Source: Balanoglossus misakiensis (taxonomy: Eukaryota > Animalia > Hemichordata). From it: a stretch of 64,000 bases of DNA. The DNA lies in NCBI GenBank assembly GCA_040954595.2, contig CM082593.2:6415479-6479478 (forward strand). The letters run 5' to 3'. Below, piece by piece: positions 12,501 through 23,700 of the stretch. A program made the position numbers and the translations under genes. The notes beneath the pieces are model-generated. The model was not told the DNA's origin. It saw nothing but the letters and a program-made list of their open reading frames with translations, and searched no databases. Position 1 is the first letter of the stretch, and each line of letters opens with the position of its first letter.

Positions 12501-15500
12501 AGTATCAATATAGACAGTTGTCTGTGGGAGTAACAATTCACAGGCGACATTTTTGATGCAAGCAATTGGATGATATGATTTGTGCCTCACAATTCTGCCA
12601 GTCCAGCAGCAAAGATTCAGAGTGTCTCTGTCTGTTCTGTCAGGGGCATCACTAATTTTGGAGCGTTTGATTTTACTTGCATGAAGTTATAATTTGCAGG
12701 CTTCATTCACCGTACAAATTTATTCTTATTTAGTGAACTTTGAGATTTCAAAAACTGAATTTCGAGACTCACTTTTTAAAGTCCAGCCACTTACACAGCC
12801 CCTCTCTCTCTTTTGTTTTGTTTCAGATAAATATTTTTATGACTCATTTATCGAATTATGGAAATGATAGGTTAGGTTTATATACGTTTGAAAGCGTTGT
12901 AAAATTTGTTCAGTGCTGGACCAATTTAAGGTTGAAGACTGTACCCCCAGTAGAACTAGCAGAGAAGTACTTTTCACTGTATGAAGAAGAAACAGATCCA
13001 ATATGGCAGGTAAGGCTTTTTTTCTCTCACTGTGTGTGCTGAAGTAGGGAATCTGTATTTGAGATACTTGTGTGTCTCGGAACAATGATGACCTCATGGC
13101 GAACAGCGCCACCAGTGGTAGTATCGATGTTTGTACAAGTCATTATACTCCCCAAGAGTGTTTGCATTGATCTTTGAAAATGCCACAGGTAACTTGGCAC
13201 ACAACAAGTGTAGGAGTATTGGCACAGATTGGAAACGTAAACAGTTTTATACATCTCCAGATGCATCCACACACAAAAATAGATCCACAAATTTTCACCA
13301 AAACATGGCAAATACTAGGTTTTCTTAGTAGTTTGAATAAATTACATGTATATACCTTTATCTGTACGAAAATTGCATTTTATACACCTTTAGTGGTAGT
13401 GAAATTGGTGATCATTGCTGATCATCATCATCTTGATTGTTGACAAGCTGTGTCTCGTAATCATAAAAATCCATTCAGAGAAGTTTTCACTAATATTTCC
13501 TGCCTGCTTTGTTTTTCTACTCCCAGAATCCTTGTGATGACAAGCGCCATTTGTCAATATGGTCACAAAGCAAGTCCTGTGACCGGCTTCCAAAATTTTT
13601 AGTCATCGGACCTCAAAAAACAGGTAAGTCCATGAGAATGGATGATTGTGCCACCAAAATGTCTGTGGCCCTTTTTCTGAGCTGAAGTAATTGGTGGTTC
13701 TAAAAAAATATGTTCATAATTGTATATTAATTATTCCTTCGGTATTTTCTCATCTCCAGGGACCACAGCTCTGTACAGCTTCCTAAGTATGCACCCATCC
13801 ATAGTTAGCAATTTTCCGAGTACCAAAACTTTTGAAGAAGTGCAGTTCTTCAGTGGGGCTAATTATTACAGAGGCATAGACTGGTGAGTGGGAAGCCGTA
13901 TAACGGCAGCACTGATTGGCTGATCATGATCACATGACTTTGAACTCATGGCCGCCATTGGTTAATTGCAAAACCGTTCAACCTCGTGAATATTTCTGCA
14001 GGCAATGCGTTGTGTGACATGTTTGTGATTGGCAGGCCATTTTAAAAATTATCAGGAAGTGAAATTCCATTTTGTTGTATTTTCTTTCTCAAGTCTAATT
14101 TTAAACTGAGGTAGATCATGAACTACCATGCCAGATTTTCACCGCTGTGTGTGTCCCGCATTTCTTTCAGGTACATGGAGTTCTTTCCTCTGCCAAAGAG
14201 TAATTCCACTGAGATTATGTTTGAGAAAAGCGCCACCTATTTTGATAATCACCAAGTTCCAAAGAGAGCCTTTGCCTTACTACCTCGCGCTAAGATCGTC
14301 ACACTCCTCCTCAGTCCCTCCAAACGGGCATACTCCTGGTATCAGGTAAGATGTTCGACCTTCTGAGCGGCTGAAATTACTTTCTTGTAACTGTCGTAGA
14401 TGCCGTTACTCAGTTCAGTTTATGGTTCAGTGGCAAAGAAACGTCTGTAGAACAGATAGCCACCAATGTGACATGAGCTATTTCAGTGACTTCGTTCATT
14501 AAGATGCTGCCACCATTTCATTTAAAGGGACAAAGTCTCACTCTCACTGCCCCTTTCCATTAAAGGGACAAAGTCTCTCTCTCGCTGCCCTTTTTTCCAT
14601 TAATTATATTTGATACAAGACACCGTTTGTTATTCTACATGTGGATATATAGTGAATGAACGTTCAACCACACACAACTTCCATCCCTCTTATAGACAGG
14701 AGAGTGAAAAAAATCGCCAAAATGAATAATCGTTCTTTTATACCATTTATTCATTTTGGGCGAGTTTTTACTCTCATATCATACAAGTGGGATGGAAGTT
14801 TTGTGTGGTTGATCATTGATTCACTATATATCCACATTACATTAACATAAACAGTGTCTTGTATCAAAAATAATTAATGGAAAAAGGGCAGCTGGAGAGA
14901 GACTTTGTCCCTTTAATTATGTTTGATACAAGACACAGTTTATGTTATTCTACATGTGGATGTATAGTGAATCGATGTTTGACCACACACAACTTATGTT
15001 GTATACATTGTGTGAATGAGGATGCACTTATAAAACCTGCATGAAAAGTGGCACCGCACAAATTTCTCGAGATTTACAAAATAACTTTTTCTCGTCTGCA
15101 GCACATGAGAGCTCACCAGGATCCCACTGCCTTGAACTACACCTTTTATGAGATTGTCTCGGCAAAGTCAAGCGCCCCCAAGCCCGTCCGGGACATACAG
15201 AATAGATGCTTGAGGCCGGGAATGTACGCAGAACATCTAGAAAGATGGCTGTCTTTTTATCCAGCCAATCAGGTAACAGCTCACTACAGGTTGCAGTCGG
15301 ATATCAAATTTATGTACAAAAATATTCAACATTCCCCAATATTTGGAACATTTTGTATTCATTATCAGGAAAATTAAACTTGAGAACCTTTGAAACTTCA
15401 AATGTTTTGCTTCAGCCAGTCTATCCGGACTTGTGTTTGACCTTTTGAACTTTGACCTTTCACAGCTACTGATGCTCGATGGAGAGATGCTGAAGTCGGA

Positions 15501-15978
15501 CCCTGTCCCAGCCATGAACAAAGTGCAGAGGTTCTTGAAGATCAAGCCATACTACGACTATGAGGCACATCTTAAGTAAGTTCAGTTTTTCACACCTTCT
15601 GTTATGTTAAAAGTGGCATTGTGTTTGCAGGGTGACTTCATGAAGCATTGTGAAATGATTTAAAGATCCAAAGAATCTGGAGCCACGTGCACGATTTTCC
15701 CTGCCTGGACAAATTGTCATTAAACCGTTTTCTATTTTTTTTTATTGATTTACAGATTTGACAGCAAAAAGGGTTTTTATTGCCAGGTTTTAAGTGAAGG
15801 ACAAACGAAATGTCTGGGTAAGAGTAAAGGTCGTATCTACCCTCCAATGGATCCACTAGCGCAGAAATTCCTCCAGCAGTACTATAAGGCGCACAATGTC
15901 GAGTTGTCCAAGTTGCTGACAAGACTGGGACAGCAACAACCTGAATGGCTACAGGACGAACTAAAAGGATTGCAGTAA
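8505..15978 (+). CDS. NDST: Bifunctional heparan sulfate N-deacetylase/N-sulfotransferase (NDST / sulfateless), 11 coding exons, 892 aa: join(8505-9542,9810-10052,11661-11846,12369-12497,12827-13009,13527-13623,13760-13883,14171-14345,15102-15272,15466-15575,15756-15978)
   Basis: All introns are GT-AG and phase-compatible; the summed CDS is 2679 nt with no internal stop. Type II signal-anchor ([19 protein letters not shown]); deacetylase motifs [24 protein letters not shown] and APHHSGVYP; sulfotransferase 5'-PSB GPQKTGTTAL, 3'-[14 protein letters not shown] and C-terminal KCLGKSKGR. The start could alternatively be the ATG at 8544. Confidence 0.96.
9641..9798. repeat. 40-bp tandem minisatellite (~4 copies) in NDST intron 1, abutting the acceptor
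   Basis: Unit accaatggctgtcgtttgttttgatcatgtgaccttctga recurs at 9661, 9701, 9741 and 9781. Confidence 0.95.
9810..10052 (+). CDS. NDST: NDST coding exon 2
   Basis: tttgcag|GCG...AAG|gtaggt; ALIKSQ...[12 protein letters not shown]...QFAK. Confidence 0.95.
11357..11426. repeat. Short dispersed repeat (piggyBac-like GGGTTAA end), copy 2
   Basis: tggacctctatagagggaactgggggttaaagggttaa matches 3350-3387. Confidence 0.6.
11661..11846 (+). CDS. NDST: NDST coding exon 3
   Basis: ttttgtcag|GAT...ATG|gtaaga; [21 protein letters not shown]...HRNIM. Confidence 0.95.
12369..12497 (+). CDS. NDST: NDST coding exon 4
   Basis: gatag|GTG...CCA|gtaagt; [13 protein letters not shown]...GGELF...NNP. Confidence 0.94.
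12827..13009 (+). CDS. NDST: NDST coding exon 5
   Basis: tttcag|ATA...CAG|gtaagg; [21 protein letters not shown]...DPIWQ. Confidence 0.95.
13527..13623 (+). CDS. NDST: NDST coding exon 6
   Basis: cccag|AAT...ACAG|gtaagt; [13 protein letters not shown]...[12 protein letters not shown](G). Confidence 0.95.
13760..13883 (+). CDS. NDST: NDST coding exon 7
   Basis: ctccag|GG...TG|gtgagt; [13 protein letters not shown]...FEEVQFF...YYRGIDW. Confidence 0.95.
14171..14345 (+). CDS. NDST: NDST coding exon 8
   Basis: tttcag|G...CAG|gtaaga; YMEFFP...FEKSATYFD...[11 protein letters not shown]. Confidence 0.95.
14526..14995. mobile_element. Older truncated copy of the same MITE family, interrupted by the 14564-14912 element
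   Basis: 14526-14559 plus 14917-14995 rejoin at TTAA to give a copy of the left arm of the inner element. Confidence 0.75.
14564..14912. mobile_element. Fold-back MITE with TTAA target duplication and AGGG termini (Kolobok/T2-like non-autonomous DNA transposon)
   Basis: TTAA|AGGGACAAAGTCTCTCT ... AGAGAGACTTTGTCCCT|TTAA. The two arms are imperfectly complementary along almost the whole length (tgatacaagacac/gtgtcttgtatca, gtggatatatagtgaat/attcactatatatccac). Confidence 0.85.
15102..15272 (+). CDS. NDST: NDST coding exon 9
   Basis: ctgcag|CAC...CAG|gtaaca; HMRAHQDP...[16 protein letters not shown]...ANQ. Confidence 0.94.
15466..15575 (+). CDS. NDST: NDST coding exon 10
   Basis: ttcacag|CTA...AA|gtaagt; [36 protein letters not shown]. 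Confidence 0.93.
15756..15978 (+). CDS. NDST: NDST terminal coding exon 11
   Basis: ttacag|A TTT GAC...; FDSKKGFYC...[14 protein letters not shown]...[12 protein letters not shown] (TAA 15976-15978). Confidence 0.95.
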
Positions 15979-16474
15979 ACAAACTGCGGTCTACAAACTG
16001 CGGTCTCCTGAAACCATTTGTGGTTTTGGAAATACTGAAACAGTCCTTGCAAGCTGTGAGAGCAAGTCTCCATGGTTTTACAGATATGGCAAACCGGTTC
16101 ACATACATGGATATCTGGAAACAGCATGTTCAGCCAATGGGTCTCTTGAAACAGTTCCAAGTATCGGGTATTTTGAAACAGTGGGATATTTTGAAACGGT
16201 TCGTGGGTGTCTGGGTATATTGAAACCGATTGTGAGAAAATGGATATCTAGAAACAGCATGGGGGTAGCTTTGAAACACTTTCCTGGATATATGGGCATC
16301 TTGAAACGGTTCCAAAAGTTTTCAGATAATCCTGAAGCAATTCCCAGCATTCGAAACTAGCGAGGGAATATTGAAACTGAAACCAGTAACCTCACTACTT
16401 GTGCTGAGACATTCTTTTTAATTTCAATCAAAGATATTGTACAAATATTTAAAGATTTTGGTGCTAAATCATGA

Positions 16475-16480
16475 AATAAA
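16475..16480 (+). terminator. Candidate NDST polyadenylation signal AATAAA (alternative distal ATTAAA at 17311)
   Basis: AATAAA lies about 500 nt after the stop codon; ATTAAA at 17311 is followed by T/GT-rich sequence. Confidence 0.4.
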
Positions 16481-19400
16481 TAGAAAATTTTGGAAATATA
16501 TAAATATTTAAAACGTCGCTTTTATATGGTATTTTAATGGTTTTGTTGGTTGCACAAATTTCTTGTTTAATGTACTAAGTTCTGAATATTGGTGATGGAC
16601 ACATAGACCAGGGCATTTTTCATAAACTCCAAGAAATGGTATTGTTGATGGTTGCAATGAAAACATGGTATCGTAATACTGTGTATGGGGAGGGGGACTC
16701 ATAACTACACCATTCTTTTAAAACAAAAGGATGATATTAGGCACAGAAAATTTTCACGGCAACTTATAATATAACAGGTTTAGTTTTATTCAAGTAAAAT
16801 GAGCCTTAGGTCGAGTTTGTTCCCCTTGCAGACAAAAAAGTGTCTCCCCAGTCACTTCTCACTCTTTGGTAATATTCTAGTCTGTCTGTGACGAAAAAGG
16901 GGACCATTTTCACTTGGTGTAGGTCCATGCAAACCAGTGAAACCAATGGATTCGGGCCAGAGTTTGGTGGCGAAAAGGGATGAACTTTACCAATCACAAC
17001 CTTGAGCCTCTCGGTGGAGTCTAACAAATCCAGGGAGGTAATAATTGAAGCGAATATAATCGTGTGAACATGTGTGCTAATACATGCCTGTGTATTTGAT
17101 TTTAATCCGGACATGTCTGTAATGAGTCAAACAGTCATTCATATTGAATGGGGATAAGGGGATGATTGGTTTATAAAAGGTGAAAAACTTAAAAATATAT
17201 CTGTTGATGTTTTTGCTCCACCAGCAAATATTGATTATTATTGATGAACTTGCTTCCTATGGATGATGCAATCAGATTATTTTTTTTGTCACTGTATTAT
17301 AAATATGAATATTAAAGATTTTTTTAAACATATGTTTTGCTGGATTGTGCTTCTGAAGGCGCTAATATTGCTTTGCCCATCGGAGAGTAGACAAAAATAT
17401 ATTGCATTTCAAGACTGCCCGTTGGCGCCCTCTATTGTCCAGAGGTGAAAACCTGATTTAGTCTGGTGGTCTACCCCCTTTCTAACGCTGTTGGCGTTAC
17501 ACTCGCGAAGCAAAATTGTGAATGATATATTGTAGTGCGCCAACAGGCGAAGGAACCGTTAATATCAGGGAAAAGGTGATTTGAAAATTGAGGGCGATGT
17601 TGTCGAGAAATTAGCAAACGGTTCCCAACACCGCAAATGCCAAATACTAGTAACTAAAACTGGCTCAACCCATGAATACAATGTGGGATTCAGCATGTAG
17701 GATCATGAAAACGAAACGACATTTTAAATGCGTTTTCGTGAATTTGAATTTCATACTCTTGCATGGTTGACGGACATGCTTAAATCAGAAATGAAAACCA
17801 GTCACACTACACTGTACACATTGTACAAGACTCGCGTTTGTGTATTTTTACTGACTAATTTTAGTGACATCATTGCTTTACCACAGTGCCTCTGATCCGT
17901 AGTCTAGATCCCACTGCTCTTGAAAAATATATTCTCTTTTCGTAATGTTTTTTTTCGGTTGATGGGGAAATTTTCTACACATAAGACATGTTAAGTTGCA
18001 TTCAAACCGCCGTTCAAGTTACAGTCAGACGACCGTATGTGACACGGTACTTCAGTAATCGTCGACTGTGTTTAATTAGTTTGGAAAAGAAAGCGAGCAC
18101 ATGAAAGGCTTGCAGCTTGTCCTGGCCACTCCAATACCCGACTTTATTGTTCTAGCTTGCCTTTCCACACGTATTACGTTAATTTTGTTTCGGCTAATCC
18201 GGTGTAAGCCTCTTCAAGCCGGCATTCATCTTGTCTGGCCGTCTACAGTCCGCGCAACAAAGCAGTACGTCGGTTCATTGTGGCTTCAGAATCAAATCCC
18301 CGTACAGACTGACGGGGCATTTTTTGGTGGACGAGTACTCGCCCTGACAACGTTGCGTTTTCCTTTCTTCGGGTGATCTTTAACCCAGTTCGACAGCAGA
18401 ATTCGCACACCTTGTTCTGTTTGAACACAAAAAACCCACCGCACATGTCGTCGCTCCCCGAGGATTTCCCTCCCTCGCGTGGAACAAGAATCGCCCCCCT
18501 TTCTCCGTTTGCATCGAACGGGGATTTTGTCAAGTCTTTGTCCACAAAGTAAACCAGCTGCCGCGCATGTACAATCACCCTACAACGTAATTTCGTTTTT
18601 TTTTCATTTTTACTTTTTGTTTAGTAATTTCTCTTTTTGCATTTTTCGTAATGCTAAGCCGATTGTTGCCGGCACGTATAGACTCATTTTAGTTGTGGTC
18701 ATTTCAAACAAAAATGACGCACCGTTTCAGAAAAGGTAATGAATGTTCTGCACACAAGTGTCTATTTGCCAACCCCTGTGACTAAGACTGAGCTGCGGGG
18801 CTTTTCGCGTTCGTTTTGGGGCATCGGCTATTTTGTTTGGAAATATTTTTTTCTCAAATTCGCTCTTGGGTACGCTGAGTGTTTTTACTCCAAACGTGGT
18901 TGACGCCCGCCGTGGTTTTAAAAGGTGGAAAGTGAATTGGACAAATAGAAAAAAATAATGCAAATGTATAGGTGGTTTGATGCACGTGGATGTTTATATA
19001 AACGAATCGCATGCGTACTTATACATACATACAGAAGCTTAATACATGCATAGTATATGTATAAAACATTAACAAAAATTGTTTTAAATGTTCTCTTCTA
19101 AGAGTACTCGACTTTAGCCCTGTTTGAGTTTGTGTTGTAAATCTAGCATCGCCTTCAATGTGATGTGTTGTAAGCTTCTGGATTTCGAAGATTAATACCG
19201 TTATTTTAAAATCCTTTTAAATAATTCATTAATGTGGGTTGTGGGGCGTAAAATCAGTAAATCTTCGAGCGCTGTTAAAAGAAAACACTGTGTCTATTTC
19301 ACCGTGAAATCGAGCTGTAGAATGGAGAGGATTCTGCCACACCGAAAGTGCCACTCAGTAAACACTCGTAAGTTTATTTTACTTTCAGCATCGCCGACCA

Positions 19401-19567
19401 CCTGTAGGGCGAAATTCACACGTTGTGTTTTTCGAATACTCTTTTGTTATTCCGATTCTCTGGTCGGATTTGCACGAAATACGTCCACAGGTAAAACATC
19501 GCCAGAAACGCGAGTCTTTTTTATTGTTGTACTTTTCTTTAATTGTCCCTGGAGGGAGGGAGGGAGT

Positions 19568-19599
<32 letters not shown>

Positions 19600-19647
19600 G
19601 ACAGACAGACAGAGACAGACAGACAGACAGACAGAGACAGACAGACA
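19568..19647. repeat. (GA)n/(GACA)n microsatellite
   Basis: Direct reading. Confidence 0.95.
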
Positions 19648-20690
19648 AAATATAGGTAAGGACGAACAGAGACAGACAAGCAGATAGAGACAGCAAAAGA
19701 GTGAAAAGCGTACAGAGCTTCCCTCAACAGAATTAGTTAAACACGCCATTTTGATATCGACTTTACCAGTCTTCTGTGCCAGATTCGTGTTACGACTCGA
19801 AGTGGCTGTAAATATCGTTTTCTTTTTGTGGTAGTTTTGATCGTTTCCGCTTCCGTAGAAACCCATTTGGATTGATTTTGTGGCTTTTCAAAGTACTTCT
19901 AGTTTTCAATAGCGCGGACTGAGTGTCATGTAATATCCGTACTCCTTCCATTCTGCGGCATTTTACACTCCAACGACCGCGCCCCACAAAGATTGTCATC
20001 GCCACCGAGCCGCAAATTTCAAACAAATCATCGCCAATCGGACGCGCTTTTCCGGTGTATTTTACTTTCTGTAAATGCTCCCAAACTGGGAGACTGTGAG
20101 CATTTGGAAAATTAAAGCTATTTCGAAAATTGTCCCATCAAAGAAATTTCGTCGTTAACGCGCTTGTAGCGTTTCAGCGTGCAGGCTAACATAATGGTGG
20201 TCCGAAACTTGCGCGGTGGATGAAACGCTTCAGTGCGCAATCTCAATGAACGCCCATGCTAAATCGGCATATTTTGGTACTTTGCTTGAAACGATATCGT
20301 CATTAAAACGCCGAAGTCACGAGAAAAAAAAATGAAAAATAAATTTCAGAGATGACGAAGACTGTCGAGTGAGTGAAATAAATAGGTGAGACGGCTATGC
20401 TCTGGCTGTTTCCAATCAACATTTGCTCTGCGGCAGCGTTGTTACTTTTTTCTTCAACTATCTATCTGTGGTGCAACCATGAGATGAGATCGGCTGAAGT
20501 CGAAACTGCCCGGGAATTTCCGAACACGACAGTAGATAGGGAAAACATCAGTCCAGTCCACTTAACTCTGTTCTCTGCATGCGTTCTTGCATTCCTGCCT
20601 GTCTATCTTCGTCTCCCTCCCTGTCTGCTTGTGTCCCCCTCCCCCCTCTCTCTCCCGCCAGGCCCACTTTTCCTCTATTCTTTGTTTTCT

Positions 20691-20694
<4 letters not shown>

Positions 20695-20769
<75 letters not shown>
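20695..20769. repeat. (TC)n microsatellite
   Basis: Direct reading. Confidence 0.97.
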
Positions 20770-20771
<2 letters not shown>

Positions 20772-23700
20772 CTCTCTCCTACCCCAACCTCTGCCATGCC
20801 CCAGTCTCATGGCCCCAGTTATTTTTCACTCGCGTTAAAATACTCTTTTTCCATCGCATTACGTCACCACCTGTTAACGTCGTTGGCAATGGTCAATTGA
20901 GTGATGCCCAGTTCCAATATTTGCACGGGTTGGCCCACAACAATACACACTTTCTGTATAAAAAAGATGATTAATAGTTTCGTTCTGTTAATCTCAGTCA
21001 AGTTTGCTCTTCTCAACATATCAACATTTGCTTGCATTGTTCCCGGCCCTGTCAATCAAACCGTCGCCTGAATACGCCGGCATGCAGAGATTCTAGCAAC
21101 TATGTCGCACCGAGATGTCGATATCCGGCCATCGCATGCATGCCCGTGGAACCAATTCACCACCAAAAGCGGGCCTTCCACTCATTAGGATGTCAAATTC
21201 GGGCAGCTGCTGTCGCCATGGCGACCCATTCAGCGATCTGTCAGCAGCGCGATCGCCCCTGCCCGTCGCTCCCCCAGCACGCGGAAAGCCAATGCGAGTT
21301 TATCACGTAACCGCTAAAACGTGTACAAACACGGCGCGCGTTGTCCGGGAATTGCTTGTTTGCGTGCTACCGTCTTCAGTTTGGAGAGCACACACGGAAA
21401 GCACACACGTTATGCCACGAACAATGCTGATATCCGTCAATAGTACTTTAACTCTGCCGGATTAATCCAGTGATCTGGGCTTCCATTAACACTTCTCATG
21501 CAGTACTCTCGATGCCATTGACACCTGTATTACGTCCATAGTTACAAACTGTCAGCCAGACCCATTGTTTCCCACGCTACTCCAGCTTATGTTATTCAGA
21601 AAAAAAAGTTACAAATACAAGAAAACTCTTCCCGAACAAAATCTAATGTCGATTTTAAGAACTTGCAAAACAGAAATCACTATATTTCTCCAGTCAGAGT
21701 CTCCCAGGTTACGCAGGCATACTTAGAAAAAGCCAGTTTTAGGTATTTTGTGATTTAATCGTATTTGTTACGTGGCTGGTTTATTCTTTGACTTAAAATC
21801 GCCCACAACACCAGAGAAAAAACAATGTTTGTACACGTCTTTGTATTTCTTAGTCCTTATTAGCCAACAGTGTCATTCCCTGGCAATGATGTCAGATGTT
21901 GTCAAGCGCAAACACGAGGATGGCCATTTAAACAACTATTATAATTACATCAAGGGAGAATTTCTATAAAAGCCAGCGAGAGAAATCGAAGAAAGCGATT
22001 GTATTGCGCCGTAATTTACCTTAAGTATGCAAATACAGGCAGAACTGACGTCGAAATGCGCGCTGCGTCAATTGATATGAAATATGATCACGTCTAAAGG
22101 GTTTCGGGTAGTGAAATTTACATTGCAACTTTTAATGTACATTTCAATCGATTCCCCTACACCTTTTCGACGGTTAATCCGATTTCGAATAAACTAGCCA
22201 GGGGGTATTTAGTTTATTCGCTTTTTTCTGAGGGTGGGTCTATCTAAGTTAATTTGAGGAAGAGTATATAGACATAAAAGACACATTACCAACGTGTACA
22301 CACACCTGCAAAGAGATGAGACCGATGTATATTACATGAGAGACGTTTTTAATCTCTCCCGTGGGGTACCACGGTTGAGATGTGCCTTTAGTTTATAACC
22401 AGAAGAAAATGCCTTGAAATTAAGAGAAAGATCGTGAGAATAGGTTCTGGCTTATGCTTTGGACTATTCTGCGAGAATGGCAGATTTTTTTCCTCCTAAA
22501 AAGGTGTTATGATACTTCCTGTCATGTGGTTTCTGGTCGTGTGATTGTTTTACTCAATGCTGTTCCCTGGCCTTCCCGGCGTCCATACCTCCACGTATGT
22601 GTATCTGTGTGTCCCGCCGAGAAACTCGACTGTACGGTAGCCAAGTTTGTAAGCAACAACCACAATGCCATTGTTACAGACAGTGCCCAATAATCGCCGA
22701 AGTTCAAATGGAACACTCAAACATTGACTTTACTGGATCAAGTAAAACCACCTATTTCTGCAAACCACGCACACACTTAGCCACGTTAACACATCCACGA
22801 GCTCATTACACGCCTGCCAATGTTTCCGCTGTACAAATAATACGCAGGAAATTAAATTATTCGTCAATCACAGTTGGGGAGACGTGCTGGATCTGAGAAA
22901 AGCTAAATAAACCCTCTTAAAAATTAATAATTTTTAATGCGATAATGGTTTCTTAATAGACTTGTGCAATTAACTGTAATGTGCGTGACGTCTAGTTTGT
23001 TTTCTAATTTTCGTTTTTGGCAACGATGTGGATTTTTGTTCATACGTCGCGACAGAACGAATTTAAATGACAGACAGTTTAAGATACTTGATTTGTAATA
23101 GATGTATTGATACATCGATGGTCCCAGCCTTCCTGTGTCCGTCCGCCTGTCGCTCTGTATTCCCCTGTCTGTCTCGATATTTCTCTACCTCAGTGCCTCG
23201 GTATTTCTCTCCCCGTCTGTCTCCCTGTTTTCTTCGTATAATTTGTTTCGCTGCATTTTAACCCCGCTACATTTATCTCACTAAAGTAGTCACTGCTGTG
23301 CGTATATAAATAAATTAGATAATTATAAGAAACATATATAAAACCTACCCCAATCAATTTAATTACAGGAGGTCTTTCCAAAGTTGTATTATACACGAAA
23401 TAGGTCGGACCTGTTTATCCTTACCGCTTGGTATACTTAATATCTGATCACGGTATTTGCAATTACAAATTAAATTGTTGGAGTAAAACTGTATATGCTT
23501 GTAGTAAGCTTTATTTAATAAGACAATTCACCTCGTTTATGTGTAATTATCTATCCTGTTATTGAGAAACAGTCACTTCTCAGTGCAATGTATTGGTCTT
23601 AAGTGTTTCGCGACACAGAAACGTAATGATATGATTATTTCCGCACTCGAAGCAAAAGCATTGGAGTGCCATCCTAGGTTTTATAGTTAAAGATTATTGA

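Noticed and set aside
19232-20974. ORFs with ER/SL/RQTD repeats
   Set aside because: Products of GA, GACA and CT microsatellites.
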